Positions 18,390-30,783 of a DNA stretch of 64,000 nt are shown here, one piece after another. The stretch is taken from contig CAWCMR010000005.1 in the NCBI GenBank assembly GCA_963796685.1, positions 96,001-160,000 of the forward strand, read 5' to 3'. A program made the translations under genes and the position numbers. Within the stretch, counting starts at the first letter, position 1. The number at the start of each line of letters is the position of its first letter. The notes under the pieces were generated by a model. The model had not been told where the DNA came from, made no database searches, and was given only the letters and a program-made list of their open reading frames with translations. The DNA is from an uncultured delta proteobacterium (lineage in GTDB: Bacteria > Myxococcota_A > Polyangia > Fen-1088).

Positions 18390-19907
18390 ATGCGTCGTGT
18401 GCTAATCGTGGATGACGAGCAGAACCTGCGGCATATGCTGCAAACGCTGCTCAAGCGCGAAGGCTATGAGCCCGTCGGGGTGGCGTCCGTCGAAGGGGCG
18501 TTGCGCGAGCTTTCCGATCGCCCCTACGACATCGTCATCACGGATCTGCGTATGCCCGGACAGAGCGGCATGGATTTGGTCGATCAGATTCGACGGCTGA
18601 AGCTGGGCACCACGGTGGTCGTCATGACCGCCTACGGCAGCCGCGACATCGCCATCGAGGCGATGAAGCGCGGCGCCTATGACTACATTTCCAAGCCCTT
18701 CGAGGCCGACGAGATCGTCCTGCTCTTGCGTAAGGCCGAGGAACGCGAGCGGTTGTTTCGCGAGAACCAGTCTCTGCACAAGCAGATTCGGGCGGGCGGC
18801 CAGGAGCCCGAGACCGGGCTCGGCGATCTGGTGGCGCACAGCCAGCAGATGCTGGACCTGTTTCGCACGGTGCGAAAGATCGCCGAATTCAAGACCACGG
18901 TGCTCATCGGCGGCGAGTCCGGAACGGGCAAGGAGCTCATCGCCCGCGCCATCCACCGGATCTCCCCGCGCGCCCAGGCTCCCTTCATCGCCGTCAATTG
19001 CGGCGCCATCCCCGACACCTTGCTCGAATCCGAGCTGTTCGGTCATCGCAAGGGCGCGTTCACGGACGCCAGCCGCGACCGCAAGGGCCTGTTCGAGGAA
19101 GCCTCCGGCGGCACGCTGTTCCTCGACGAGATTGGCGAGCTGCCGCTCGGCTTGCAGGTCAAGCTCCTCCGCGTGCTGCAGGAAGGCGAGGTCCGCCGCC
19201 TGGGAGACAGTCAGGATATCAAGGTGGACGTGCGCGTAGTCGCGGCGACCGCGCGCGACCTATCCGCCGAGGTGGGCCGCGGCGCTTTTCGCGAAGATCT
19301 CTTCTATCGCCTGAACGTGTTCGCGCTGCACTTGCCGGCGCTGCGTGAGCGACGGGAGGACATCCCGCTGCTCGTCGAGCACTTCCTGGCCCGCATGAAC
19401 GCGCGCATGGGCCTTGCGGTCGCGGGAACGTCACCCGAGGCCATGCGGATGCTCGTCGACCACGATTGGCCGGGCAATGTACGCGAGCTGGAAAACTGCG
19501 TCGAGCGCGCCATCGTGCTTTGCGAGGGCTCGCAGATCGAGGCCGATTCCTTGCCCGAGCGGCTGCAGCAGCGCTCGAGTCCACCGCCCGTGGTGCCGGC
19601 CGATACCCCGGACGACGGCGATCTGTCCATCAAACGGGCGTCCCGCCGCTCGGAGGAATCGCTCATCAGGCGCGCCCTGCACAAGACCCGGGGCAACCGC
19701 ACACGCGCCGCCGAGTTGCTCGAAATCAGCCACCGCGCCCTGCTCTACAAGATCAAGGAATACGGCATTTCCGTGGGGCGGGATACGCGCGAGCTGACCG
19801 CCATGGTCGAGGGGCGGCTGGACACGCCAACCCCGATCACCCCCCCACCTCTCACGCCCACGCCGATGTCTTCTCCGACGATCGATTCAACTTGGAGGGC
19901 CAAATGA
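18390..19907 (+). CDS. Sigma54-dependent response regulator (AtoC/PilR/NtrC family)
   Basis: REC domain (VDDE, TDLRMP), [32 protein letters not shown], Fis-type HTH. Confidence 0.93.
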   Translation: MRRVLIVDDEQNLRHMLQTLLKREGYEPVGVASVEGALRELSDRPYDIVITDLRMPGQSGMDLVDQIRRLKLGTTVVVMTAYGSRDIAIEAMKRGAYDYISKPFEADEIVLLLRKAEERERLFRENQSLHKQIRAGGQEPETGLGDLVAHSQQMLDLFRTVRKIAEFKTTVLIGGESGTGKELIARAIHRISPRAQAPFIAVNCGAIPDTLLESELFGHRKGAFTDASRDRKGLFEEASGGTLFLDEIGELPLGLQVKLLRVLQEGEVRRLGDSQDIKVDVRVVAATARDLSAEVGRGAFREDLFYRLNVFALHLPALRERREDIPLLVEHFLARMNARMGLAVAGTSPEAMRMLVDHDWPGNVRELENCVERAIVLCEGSQIEADSLPERLQQRSSPPPVVPADTPDDGDLSIKRASRRSEESLIRRALHKTRGNRTRAAELLEISHRALLYKIKEYGISVGRDTRELTAMVEGRLDTPTPITPPPLTPTPMSSPTIDSTWRAK

Positions 19908-20008
19908 TCGATGTGTACTCCAGAGTCGATTTTTTGATTTTTCCGCAAGGAAGCGCACAGTGTAGGTAAAGATACGACAACGCGGGATACCATAGGGAGA
20001 CAACACGA

Positions 20009-21067
20009 ATGGCCAAGAACTGCATAGGACTCGATATCGGGTCGAGCTCGGTCAAGGTCGTCCAGATCAAGGAGACCTCGAAAGGGCTGCAATTGGTCAA
20101 CTTCGGGTTCGAGCCCCTGCCCGCGCAGACCATCGTCGACGGCGCCATCATGAACCAAGGCGCGGTGGTCGAGGCCATCCGCACGTTGCGCGATAACCTT
20201 GGCATCAAGGGCCGCGAGGTGGCGTCCGCGATTTCCGGACACTCGGTCATCATCAAGAAGATCAAGGTTCCGCCCATGACGCCCGAGGAGCTGGAAGAAC
20301 AGATCCCCTGGGAGGCCGAGCACCACATTCCGTTCTCGAAGGACGATGTCGAAATCGATCACCAGCTGGTCGGCAGCGACCTCGCGTCCGGCGGCCAGAT
20401 GGAGCTCTTGTTGGTGGCAGCCAAGAAGGAGGTCGTCGCGGACTACAGCATGGTCATCCGCGAGGCCAAGCTCGTGCCCATGGTCATGGATGTCGCCGCT
20501 TTCACCATCCAGAATGCCTTCGAGGCGAATTATACGATGGTGCCCGAGGAGGCGGTGGCGGTGATCAACGTCGGCGCCACCCTGTCCAACATCAACATCA
20601 TCGCTGGCGGAACCAGCGCGTTCACCCGAGACGTGACCGTGGGGGGAAACGCCTTCACCGAGGAAATCCAGAAGCGGCTCAACGTCAGCCAAGAAGAAGC
20701 CGAGGCGTGGAAGATCGGTTCTGCGGGCGAAGGCGTGAGCGACGTCGTCCCCCAGGAAGTCGAGGCCGTCATCGCGTCGGTAGCAGACAGCGTGGCCGGC
20801 AAGTTCCAGCGCTCGCTCGACTTCTATTTGGCATCGTCGAGCGACGCGACGATCACGAAGATCTACCTGTGCGGAGGCTCCGCCAAGGTACCGGCGCTAC
20901 AAAAGGCCTTGGAAGCCAAAGCGCGCGCGGCGGTCGAGATCATGGATCCCTTCCGCAAGATCGCGGTCGACGAGCACCGCTTCGACATCGCTTTCGTCCA
21001 GCAGCACGCCGCCGAGGCCGCCGTGGCCGTGGGGCTCTCGCTGCGGCGACCGGGAGACAAACAGTGA
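20009..21067 (+). CDS. pilM: Type IV pilus assembly protein PilM
   Basis: IGLDIGSSSVKVV, WEAEHHIPF, LLVAAKKE, FTRDVTVGG, LCGGSAK. Confidence 0.95.
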   Translation: MAKNCIGLDIGSSSVKVVQIKETSKGLQLVNFGFEPLPAQTIVDGAIMNQGAVVEAIRTLRDNLGIKGREVASAISGHSVIIKKIKVPPMTPEELEEQIPWEAEHHIPFSKDDVEIDHQLVGSDLASGGQMELLLVAAKKEVVADYSMVIREAKLVPMVMDVAAFTIQNAFEANYTMVPEEAVAVINVGATLSNINIIAGGTSAFTRDVTVGGNAFTEEIQKRLNVSQEEAEAWKIGSAGEGVSDVVPQEVEAVIASVADSVAGKFQRSLDFYLASSSDATITKIYLCGGSAKVPALQKALEAKARAAVEIMDPFRKIAVDEHRFDIAFVQQHAAEAAVAVGLSLRRPGDKQ

Positions 21068-21690
21068 TCCGGATCAACCTACTCCCGACGCGCAAGGCGA
21101 AGCGGCAGGAGGCCAGCCAGCGCCAGTTCCTACTCATGGGGCTGGCCGTCCTGGCGACGATCGGGCTGGTCATCTTCTTCCACCTGCAAGCAACCAACGA
21201 GCTCGAAAGAGCCCAACACGACAACACCATCCTTCAGGCGGATGTGGCAAGGCTGAAGCAAGAGCTCGGCGACTACGACAAAATCCGAGGGCAACGCGAG
21301 GAGCTGCTCAAGCAACGCAAGACCATCCAGTCCCTGGAAGCGGGACGCACCGGCCCCGTGTATCTCCTGCGCGAGCTCTCGGAGATCCTGAGCCCAGGCA
21401 AGGGCCCGACCTTCGATCGCGTGACCTACGAGGAGACCCTGCGCAAGGATCCCAACGCCGGCTTCACCAACTGGGAGACCAAGCGTGCCTGGCTCGACTC
21501 GTACACGGAAACCAAGCTGGAGGTCAAGATTCGCGGCGCCGCCAAGTCCAACGAGGACGTGGCCGAGTTCCTGAAGCGCCTCAATTCCTCGGTGTTCTTC
21601 AAGGACGTCAACCTGGACGCGACGGCCCAGGCGAGCAAGGGCTCGGTGAAATATGTCAACTTCGGCCTTTCAGCCAAGGTGATCTATTAA
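21064..21690 (+). CDS. pilN: Type IV pilus assembly protein PilN
   Basis: N-terminal IRINLLP motif, TM helix, coiled coil; GTGA overlap with pilM. Confidence 0.93.
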   Translation: MIRINLLPTRKAKRQEASQRQFLLMGLAVLATIGLVIFFHLQATNELERAQHDNTILQADVARLKQELGDYDKIRGQREELLKQRKTIQSLEAGRTGPVYLLRELSEILSPGKGPTFDRVTYEETLRKDPNAGFTNWETKRAWLDSYTETKLEVKIRGAAKSNEDVAEFLKRLNSSVFFKDVNLDATAQASKGSVKYVNFGLSAKVIY

Positions 21691-22287
21691 ATGAACGACT
21701 TTTTGCAAAAGCTGACGCGCCTCAAGACACCGGTGAAGATCGCCGCCACGGCAGTCTTGGTGGGGATCATCCTGGGCGCCTACGGGGGACTTTTCTACCT
21801 CGACATCCAAGATCAGATCAAAGGCGCACACGCGCGGCAGGTGCAGCTCAAGGGTGAAAAGGACAATTACGAGAAGCGCAAACGCGAGTATCAAGCCTAC
21901 CGCACCGAGCTCACCCAGTTGCAACAGGAACAACGTGAGTTGCTCAAAGCCCTGCCCAAGAAGGCGGAAATTCCGACCTTCCTCTCGAATCTGCAGGAAC
22001 AAGCCGAATTGGCGGGGCTGGAAATCGTTTCCCTCACCATCGAAGCCGAGCAGCCCATGGATCTCTACATTCGGATCCCGGTGCGCATCGAGGTGCGTGG
22101 CACCTACCACAGCATCACGAAGTTCTTCAAGAACTTGAGCGAGCTCCCTCGTATCGTGAACGTCGAAAACCTCGCACTTACCGTCGAGAAGGCCGAATTG
22201 GGAGCGTCGCCACGCTTGCGCGCCAAGTTCGTAGCAGCCACTTTCCGCTATCGCGACCAACCGGGTTCGTCGGAGGGTGGCACATGA
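21691..22287 (+). CDS. pilO: Type IV pilus assembly protein PilO
   Basis: TM helix, coiled coil, ALPKKAEIP, GTYH, ELPRIVNV. Confidence 0.93.
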   Translation: MNDFLQKLTRLKTPVKIAATAVLVGIILGAYGGLFYLDIQDQIKGAHARQVQLKGEKDNYEKRKREYQAYRTELTQLQQEQRELLKALPKKAEIPTFLSNLQEQAELAGLEIVSLTIEAEQPMDLYIRIPVRIEVRGTYHSITKFFKNLSELPRIVNVENLALTVEKAELGASPRLRAKFVAATFRYRDQPGSSEGGT

Positions 22288-22865
22288 GAAGGCTGGCGAT
22301 GCTGGCGCTTGGGCTCGCCACCTTGGCGGGGACGGTCTGGTTCGCCGAGGCGGGGGAACCCGCCAAGAAGCCGGCTGCACCGGCGGCAAAGACTCCCGTC
22401 AAGGGTGCACCCGCTGCGACCACGCCCACCGCTTCCCCGACCGGTGCCGAGGCCCTCGCCCAGCGCATGGCAGTTCTGCGCCGCAAGGTCTTGCGCGAAG
22501 AGGACTTTGCCGAGAACGATGATTCCAACCGAGATCCGTTCCGCTCGTACCTCGACACGTGGATCGAACGGGGGCCCAAGGTCACCACCAGCGTGGTGTC
22601 TGCGATCTTCGCCAAATACTCCCTGGAAGAGTTGACCCTGATTGCGGTCATCAGCGGCGACGCGAACCCGCGAGCCATGTTCAGGGATCCCACCGGACTC
22701 GGGCAAACCATCAAGCGCGGCGACTACATTTCCAAGTCGGCCGCGCGGGTCACCAAGATCCTTTCTGATCGCGTCGTGCTGGAGCTGTCGGAGATAACAC
22801 CGGGAGGGGCAACCAAGGCCTTGGAACGAGCCGTCCTGGTCAATCCGGAAGGAACAGAGCAATGA
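22284..22865 (+). CDS. pilP: Type IV pilus assembly protein PilP
   Basis: RDPFRS, YSLEELTLIAVISG, PRAMFRDPTG, GDYI; lies between pilO and pilQ. Confidence 0.85.
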   Translation: MRRLAMLALGLATLAGTVWFAEAGEPAKKPAAPAAKTPVKGAPAATTPTASPTGAEALAQRMAVLRRKVLREEDFAENDDSNRDPFRSYLDTWIERGPKVTTSVVSAIFAKYSLEELTLIAVISGDANPRAMFRDPTGLGQTIKRGDYISKSAARVTKILSDRVVLELSEITPGGATKALERAVLVNPEGTEQ

Positions 22866-25800
22866 TTTTGCAAAGAGAACGCCCCAAGCTCTTGGCCGCT
22901 TTACTGGGTGCCGCAACCCTGGCCTTGTGGTCCATGCCCGCGCTTGCCGACTCGGTTCGGGTGCGAGCTATCCAGGTGTCGGAAACGGCCGGTAACACGG
23001 CGGTGGTCATCGCAGCCTCGGCACGTCCTACCTTCACCACGTGGAAGCTGGAGCAGCCTGCGCGGGTCGTGATCGAGCTGAGCGGGGCCCGACTCGGCAA
23101 CGTGAATGTTCCGCTCGATGCCGGGACCTACGCCGTGGGCTTGGTTTCAGCCAGCGTGACCGAGGATGACAGCGCCGGGCCGCGCACGCGCATCGTGCTC
23201 ACCTTGCGCCAGACCTCCGACTACCAGGTCGAGAGCAAGGGCAACGATATCACCCTTCGCGTCATTCCACGTACAAGGCCGCCAATGGTGGTACCCGATA
23301 CCGCGGTGGCTAGACAAGAGATTGAAGCCCGCGCCAAGGCCGAGGCCCAGGCGCGCAGGGAAGCGCAAGCGAAAGAGCAGGCGGAGGCGCAAGTGCGGAT
23401 GGAGGCGCAGGCCAAGACCGAAGCGCAAGCCCGCGCCAAGGCCGAAGCGCAAGCCAAGACCGAGGCGCAAGCCCAAGCCAAGCTCGAAGCGCAGGCCAAG
23501 ACCGAGGCACAAGCCCAAGCCAAGCTCGAAGCGCAGGCCAAGGCCGAGGCACAAGCCCAAGCCAAGCTCGAAGCCCGGGCCAAGACCGAGGCCCAAGCCC
23601 AGGCCAAGGAAGAAGCCCGGGCCAAGACCGAGGCCCAAGCCGAGGCCAAGGAAGAAGCAACCAAGCGCGCCCTCGCCCAGGCTCGCGCCGACGTCCAAGC
23701 GCAATTGGCGGCCAAGGCCATGGCCGAAGCCCGCGCGCACGCCGAATCGCAACGCAAGACAGAGGCCTTGCTCAAGAACGAATCAAGGGAGCGCCTTGCC
23801 GCACAGACTGTCGCACAGGAACGAGCGCGCGCGGAGGTAGCCGCACGCGAGGAGGCGGATCGGTTGCGCCGGGAGCTGGCCGATGCGCACCGAGACGCCG
23901 CCAAGGCACGTGCCGAGGCGAGTGCCGCCAACCAGGAGAGCCAACGCGAGAGGCTGGCCCTGGCCCAGGCCGAGAACCGGGTCAAGCAGGCACAGGCCGA
24001 GACCGAGCGCGCGCGCGAGCGGGCCCATGCGGCCGAGGGCGAGTCGGCGGCGGCGCGTAGGCGCGAGTCGGAGCACGACCAGGCGCTTCGCTTGGCCAGC
24101 GAGGAAGTCTCCGCCCGCCAGAAGACGCTCAATCGGATCGCCCAGAAGCAACAAGAACAACGAGACCGCATGGCCTCGGCCGAGCGACTGGTCAGCGAGC
24201 GCGAAACCAGCGTACGCGAGTCCGCGTCTCGACTCGCCGAGCGCGAGAAGGAGGCCCAGGCCGCGCGCACCCGGCGCGACAGCCTGGCTCGCGATGCATC
24301 GAGAAGCAGCAAGGCGGAGGCCGCGACGGCGCTGGCCGAGGCAGAGCGCCAGAAGAAGAGCGCAGCAGCCGCTGCCGAGCAGTCACGCCAGGAGCTTGCC
24401 CGTGCCGTTGCCTCCCGTCGGCAGGAGGAGACCCGCAAGGATGAGCAGGCCAGTCTGCGCCGCGCCGAGGAAGACAAATTGGAGAGGGCGGTCGCGCAGC
24501 GCAAGGCCGAAGAGGTCCGCCTCGCCGATGCGCGCACCGAGCGAGCCCGCCTCGACGAGGAACGGTCCAAGCTGGAACATGAACGGGCCGAGCTCAAGAC
24601 GGCCCGCAATGCCCTGCTCGCAGAGGTCGAGCGTCTGAAGGCGTCGGCGGCGACGACCACGACGGCGGTGAGAACGACTGCGGTGTCCACGACCGCGGTG
24701 CCGGCCAAAGCAGAAAGCGTCGCAGTCAGGCCAGCACCCAGGGCAGTGGCACCTCGGTCGCCGTCCGCGGCCAGCGCACCACCTTCCCTCGCGCAAAACA
24801 CCCTGGCCCGGCGGCCGAGCCCGCCGATCCCGAGCAATACCACCCGGACGCGCTCGGTCACGCTGCGAGCGCTGAGCCACATTCGCAACATCGATTTCGT
24901 CGACGAGCCCCGCCGCGCTTCGGTCATCATCGACATCGACGACGGCGCCGTAGTTTCCGTGGAACGCATCACCGGCCACCGTTTGAGCCTGCGCATCGAA
25001 CACAGCGAGCTGCCCGAGAGTCTTGCGCGCAACCTGGACGCGACGGAGTACCTCGGACCGGTCAAGATCATCAGCTCGTACCGCGATCCCAGCGCACAAA
25101 GCACGGTGCGCGTCGATGTGGACCTGGCGGAGGACGTCCCGAACCGGGTGCGTGTGGATGGCAACCGCATCTTCTGGGATTTCCAAAAGGCACCGGCGCC
25201 CAGCCTGCCCGCGGTCGTCGTGCCGCCACCCTCGGTGAGGTTCGTTCCCGCGCAAAAGATGGCCGGATTCCTGGCGACCCTCAAAGACGGCGTGTGGGTG
25301 GGCCAGGCCATCCCGCCTTATCTCGTACCTCCAGTTCAAACGGGCGGCACGGGAAGCACGCCCGCGGCCGACACGGAAACCTCGCCTGCTGCCTCGACCG
25401 CCGCGGCGCCAACGGCTTCTGCGGGACGCCAAGGGAATGGCTCATCGGCCCACTACGGACCCATCGGCAAGAAGCGCTACACCGGCCGCCGCATCGACCT
25501 CGATTTCAAGGGCGCGGATATTCACAACATTCTTCGCCTGCTGGCCGACGTTGGCCAGGTCAACGTCATCGTGGCCGACGACGTGCGCGGCGAGGTCACC
25601 ATCAAGATGCGCGACGTGCCTTGGGACCAGGCGCTCGACGTGGTGCTACGTTCGAAGGGGCTTGGTTCGGTCCGCGAAGGAAACCTTCTGCGGGTAGCCC
25701 CACTGGCCCAACTGGAAAAGGAGCTGGAAGCGGAAATCGCCCGCCAGAAGCAGGTGGCGGACGTCCTTCCCATCGAGACGCGCCTCATCGGGGTTTCGTA

Positions 25801-26791
25801 TGCCGAGGCTGGTTCGCTGATGGACAAGATCCACGACCTGCTATCGCCAAGGGGCAAGGTCTCGGAAGACCGTCGCACCAACACGCTCATCGTCTCGGAC
25901 GTGACCAAGAACCTACAGCTCATCGAGGATCTGGTGCGTAACCTGGACACCCAGACCTCGCAGGTAACCATCGAAGCACGCATCGTGGAGGCCGATTCGA
26001 ATTTCGCGCGGCAGATTGGCGTGCAGTGGGGTGGAACCGCGTTCATGGACTCCACCCACGCCAACCCGACGGGCTTGGTCTTTCCGTACAATGTGGGGAT
26101 TGGCGGCGGAGCCGATGACCCAAGCTCGCCGCTCGGCGGTATCGTCCCCGGTCCACGCACCGGGACCGGCACGACCGGAAGTCCGAACTTCCTCGTCAAC
26201 ATGCCTGCGCCTGCGGGACTCGGTACCGGCTCGGCCATCGGTTTGACCCTTGGATCCGTGGCCGGGGCCTTCAACCTGAATTTGCGTCTGTCGGCCATGG
26301 AGACCACCGGCCAGATCCGCATCCTGTCCTCGCCACGCATCACCACCATGGACAACGTCCAGGCGTTCATCGAGCAGGGCGTGTCGATTCCCGTTTCCGT
26401 GGTCAGCGCCATGGGCGCGCAGACGCAGTTCGTGGACGCCAAGCTCCACCTCAGCGTGAAGCCGCACGTGACCAACGAGGGCACGATCTCGATGGTGATC
26501 GACGTGACCCGCAACGAGCCTGACTTCGTCAACACCGGGGCCCGCGGCGATCCGTCCATCCAGAAGAAGGAAGCCAAGACGACCATGCTCGTGCGCGACG
26601 GCGATACCGCGGTCATCGGCGGCATCTACACGCGCAACACCGGTCTCAGCAACGCACGCGTTCCCTTCTTCTCCGACATACCCGTGCTCGGGTGGTTCTT
26701 CCGCAACCGCAAGGAGAACGACAACCGGTCCGAATTTCTGGTGTTCATCACCCCGCGCATCGTCAACCGTTCGCGCGTGGCCGGACCGTAG
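22862..26791 (+). CDS. pilQ: Type IV pilus secretin PilQ with AMIN domains and a long coiled-coil insertion (1309 aa)
   Basis: YTGRRIDLDFKGADIHNILRLL, VPWDQALD, QVTIEARIVEA, LSSPRITT, AVIGGIY, IPVLGWFFR, FITPRIV. Confidence 0.95.
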   Translation: MILQRERPKLLAALLGAATLALWSMPALADSVRVRAIQVSETAGNTAVVIAASARPTFTTWKLEQPARVVIELSGARLGNVNVPLDAGTYAVGLVSASVTEDDSAGPRTRIVLTLRQTSDYQVESKGNDITLRVIPRTRPPMVVPDTAVARQEIEARAKAEAQARREAQAKEQAEAQVRMEAQAKTEAQARAKAEAQAKTEAQAQAKLEAQAKTEAQAQAKLEAQAKAEAQAQAKLEARAKTEAQAQAKEEARAKTEAQAEAKEEATKRALAQARADVQAQLAAKAMAEARAHAESQRKTEALLKNESRERLAAQTVAQERARAEVAAREEADRLRRELADAHRDAAKARAEASAANQESQRERLALAQAENRVKQAQAETERARERAHAAEGESAAARRRESEHDQALRLASEEVSARQKTLNRIAQKQQEQRDRMASAERLVSERETSVRESASRLAEREKEAQAARTRRDSLARDASRSSKAEAATALAEAERQKKSAAAAAEQSRQELARAVASRRQEETRKDEQASLRRAEEDKLERAVAQRKAEEVRLADARTERARLDEERSKLEHERAELKTARNALLAEVERLKASAATTTTAVRTTAVSTTAVPAKAESVAVRPAPRAVAPRSPSAASAPPSLAQNTLARRPSPPIPSNTTRTRSVTLRALSHIRNIDFVDEPRRASVIIDIDDGAVVSVERITGHRLSLRIEHSELPESLARNLDATEYLGPVKIISSYRDPSAQSTVRVDVDLAEDVPNRVRVDGNRIFWDFQKAPAPSLPAVVVPPPSVRFVPAQKMAGFLATLKDGVWVGQAIPPYLVPPVQTGGTGSTPAADTETSPAASTAAAPTASAGRQGNGSSAHYGPIGKKRYTGRRIDLDFKGADIHNILRLLADVGQVNVIVADDVRGEVTIKMRDVPWDQALDVVLRSKGLGSVREGNLLRVAPLAQLEKELEAEIARQKQVADVLPIETRLIGVSYAEAGSLMDKIHDLLSPRGKVSEDRRTNTLIVSDVTKNLQLIEDLVRNLDTQTSQVTIEARIVEADSNFARQIGVQWGGTAFMDSTHANPTGLVFPYNVGIGGGADDPSSPLGGIVPGPRTGTGTTGSPNFLVNMPAPAGLGTGSAIGLTLGSVAGAFNLNLRLSAMETTGQIRILSSPRITTMDNVQAFIEQGVSIPVSVVSAMGAQTQFVDAKLHLSVKPHVTNEGTISMVIDVTRNEPDFVNTGARGDPSIQKKEAKTTMLVRDGDTAVIGGIYTRNTGLSNARVPFFSDIPVLGWFFRNRKENDNRSEFLVFITPRIVNRSRVAGP
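23411..23662 (+). repeat. Six imperfect 42-bp coding repeats (AKTEAQAQAKLEAQ-like) within pilQ
   Basis: GCCAAG(A/G)CCGA recurs every 42 bp. Confidence 0.85.
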
Positions 26792-26851
26792 ACCGTAGCA
26801 AACGACTAGGTAGGTATCGCCATGATGCAACCACGCAATGGGGGACGAGCA

Positions 26852-27700
26852 ATGAACCATCACGGGAAGCGGTATGCCTACGGCGCCGCGTGTGTCGCCA
26901 TCGCGCTCGGGGTCGCCTGCGCCACCGATGCCTTCACCGCGCTGCAGATCAAGCAAGTGCAGGTCCTGACCGGCCCTGAATGCAGCGTTCCTGGCACGGC
27001 CACCACGCTGTTTCGCGATCACGGCGTGCTCGATCTGGCCCTGCCCGACGGATCCATACCGCCCTACTATCTGCCGCTGCTGGTCGTCAACAACCTGGCC
27101 TCCGTGGGAAATTCGCCTGCCGAGGAAATGAACAACATCACGCTCAGCCACTTCACCGTCGAGCTTTCGGCGCCTGGTGTCACCTGGAACTCTTCGTGTC
27201 CTGCAAAGTTCGACACCCAGACCATCACCGACACGATTCCACCCGGCGGCTCGGTCGGCACATCCATGGACATCATCCAGGCTGCCCACTCCCAGTGCCT
27301 GCGGTCGCAGCTGACCCAACAGGGTCTGGTGGTCACGGCGAAGATCACGGCCAAGGGTCGCCACGGCGGCACGGGCATCGAAAGCGCGCCCTTCATCTTT
27401 TCGGTCGACGTGTGCGCCGGCTGTCTGCAGGTCGGTTACACGGATCCGACCTTGGCAGCGTACCAATACCCCGCGGACGTTCCCTTGTGCTCGAGCTTCG
27501 CCGGCAGCACGAACAACTCCACCGGAGCCCCGTGTCTTCCCTATGGCCAGGACGCGCCCATCTTTTGTTGCAGTGTCACCGAGACGGTAAACAAGGTGGC
27601 CACGCAGGTCGCCTTGTGCCCTGGCGTGTTTCCACCCAAGAGCTCCACCGCAACCTCCACGGCAACCTCCACCAGCACCTCGACCGGCACGGGCTCGTAA
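26852..27700 (+). CDS. Cys-containing lipoprotein downstream of pilQ
   Basis: Lipobox LGVAC, GGGGGA RBS, Thr/Ser tail. A lipoprotein gene occupies this position in Myxococcus pil clusters (recalled). Confidence 0.75.
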   Translation: MNHHGKRYAYGAACVAIALGVACATDAFTALQIKQVQVLTGPECSVPGTATTLFRDHGVLDLALPDGSIPPYYLPLLVVNNLASVGNSPAEEMNNITLSHFTVELSAPGVTWNSSCPAKFDTQTITDTIPPGGSVGTSMDIIQAAHSQCLRSQLTQQGLVVTAKITAKGRHGGTGIESAPFIFSVDVCAGCLQVGYTDPTLAAYQYPADVPLCSSFAGSTNNSTGAPCLPYGQDAPIFCCSVTETVNKVATQVALCPGVFPPKSSTATSTATSTSTSTGTGS

Positions 27701-27719
27701 GACCGAGCGGCTCGCGCTA

Positions 27720-27749
27720 TTGACACCGCCGGATCTCTCCGACTAGAAG
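27720..27749 (+). promoter_or_regulatory. Possible sigma70 promoter for mglC-aroQ-accBC
   Basis: TTGACA-N18-TAGAAG, 13 bp before the ATG. Confidence 0.4.
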
Positions 27750-27762
27750 CGAAAGAACGACG

Positions 27763-28122
27763 ATGTTCCGCGAAAGTCTGCAGCGCATGGTGGATCGCCT
27801 GGCCGGAGGTGTGGCCGGCATCCTCATGGGGTTCGACGGCATCTCGGTCGAGTCGTACACCAAGGACGGTGAAGAAGGCCTGGACATCCAGACCGTGGGC
27901 ATGGAGCTGGCCCACGCCGTGGTTCAGATGCGAAAGGCCACCGCCAATCTCGAAGTCGGGCCGTTGCACGAGCTGACCTTGAAGGCCGACAACTTGGTGG
28001 TCCTCATCTACTTGTTGAGCGATGAGTACTTCGTCGCGTGCGCCCTCAAGCCCGAGGCCAGCCTTGGCAAGGCGCGCTACCTGATGAGGCTTCTGGCCCC
28101 GCAGATGCAGGCCGAATTGTGA
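27763..28122 (+). CDS. mglC: Roadblock/LC7 protein, MglC-like polarity factor
   Basis: 119 aa with LMGFDGISV and LGKARYLMR; located between pilQ and accBC. Confidence 0.75.
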   Translation: MFRESLQRMVDRLAGGVAGILMGFDGISVESYTKDGEEGLDIQTVGMELAHAVVQMRKATANLEVGPLHELTLKADNLVVLIYLLSDEYFVACALKPEASLGKARYLMRLLAPQMQAEL

Positions 28123-28685
28123 CCGGGGAGCCGCGAGCACAGCCTCCGGCCAGGCCGCTGATCCTGGTCATTCACGGGCCGAACCTGAATCTGCTGGGCA
28201 CGCGCGAACCGCACATCTACGGTTCGACCACCCTGCGCGAGATCGACGAGGAGCTCCGTGCCCGTGGCATCGAGCTCGGCGTGGCCGTCGAAACCTATCA
28301 ATCCAATCACGAGGGCCTTCTCATCGATCGCGTCCAGCAAGCCCAGGGCAAGATCGCGGGGCTGATCGTCAACGCGGGGGGATTGACCCATACCAGCGTG
28401 TCCCTGCGCGACGCCATAGCCGCGATCAAGGTGCCAACCGTCGAGGTCCACCTCTCCAACCTCTACACGCGCGAGCCGTTCCGCCATCTCTCCTATTTGG
28501 CACCGGTGTGTCTGGGGCAGATTGCGGGGCTGGGCCCGATCGGGTACCGTTTGGCGCTCGATGCGCTGGCCAGGCTGGTGCCGGGCAACCGGCCAGTCCC
28601 CGGCGGCCGACCGTCCCCATCCCGTTCGACCCCAACCAAGTCGCGTGCCGCGACTTCGTCCAAGAAAGGAGCCGCGAGAAAATGA
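28119..28685 (+). CDS. aroQ: Type II 3-dehydroquinate dehydratase
   Basis: [40 protein letters not shown]. Confidence 0.96.
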   Translation: MTGEPRAQPPARPLILVIHGPNLNLLGTREPHIYGSTTLREIDEELRARGIELGVAVETYQSNHEGLLIDRVQQAQGKIAGLIVNAGGLTHTSVSLRDAIAAIKVPTVEVHLSNLYTREPFRHLSYLAPVCLGQIAGLGPIGYRLALDALARLVPGNRPVPGGRPSPSRSTPTKSRAATSSKKGAARK

Positions 28686-29203
28686 GCAAACGCAAGGCCC
28701 CCGTCGCCGCCGCCAAGAAGGTATCTTCGGCCAGCCGCGAGGCGTGCGCGTGTGAAGGTCAACCCGTCGATCTCGACAGACTGCGCGAGTTGGCCGAGCT
28801 CGCCACGGAATTCGATTTGGCCGAGCTCGAGCTCGATGCCTACGGAGGAGTCCGGGTGGTCCGCCGCGCTGCGGGTGCCGCCTTCCCCGCAGCAGCACCT
28901 TTGCCCCCGTCCCCGATTCACGTGGTCGCGCCGGCCGAAACGGTGGTCAAGCCCGCCGAAACCGGAGCCCTCCTCACCTCGCCCTTCGTGGGAACGTTCT
29001 ACCGCGCGCCCTCGCCCGAGGCGCCCCCCTTCGTGGATGTTGGCCAAAGCGTGCGCAAGGGACAGGTGGTCTGCATCGTCGAGGCCATGAAGCTGATGAA
29101 TGAAATCGAGTCGGAGCTCGACGGCAAGATTCTCGAAATCCTGGTAAAGAACGCGGAGCACGTCGAGTACGGCCAACCCTTGTTCCGCATCGAAAAGGCC
29201 TAG
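28682..29203 (+). CDS. accB: Acetyl-CoA carboxylase biotin carboxyl carrier protein
   Basis: [32 protein letters not shown]. Confidence 0.95.
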   Translation: MSKRKAPVAAAKKVSSASREACACEGQPVDLDRLRELAELATEFDLAELELDAYGGVRVVRRAAGAAFPAAAPLPPSPIHVVAPAETVVKPAETGALLTSPFVGTFYRAPSPEAPPFVDVGQSVRKGQVVCIVEAMKLMNEIESELDGKILEILVKNAEHVEYGQPLFRIEKA

Positions 29204-29308
29204 GAGATCGCGCAGAAAGCGCGGAATGCCGGGGCGGTGGCCGGTCGAAGATCGCTCGCTTTCTCCGGCCTGCGCAGGCTTCCATCAACGCATACGGACG
29301 GTGCACGC

Positions 29309-30631
<1,323 letters not shown>

Positions 30632-30783
30632 CCCCTCCGTTGGAGGACGCATCGAGGTCGGCCGATCCCTCGACCTCGCCAACTGCCATGCCAGGTGGTC
30701 CGCGCGCCCCGGGCGGAAAAAACCTGGACGCTCCTTTACACGTGTGGCGTTCCCGGTAACACTGTGCATGCGGACTTCAACAG

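Noticed and set aside
19050-19075. GAFTDA instead of GAFTGA in both enhancer-binding proteins
   Set aside because: A common variant in myxobacterial enhancer-binding proteins as I recall; not evidence of novelty.
19907-20008. Sigma54 promoter upstream of pilM
   Set aside because: No TGGCAC-N5-TTGC match found, so control of pilM by the adjacent regulator is unsupported.
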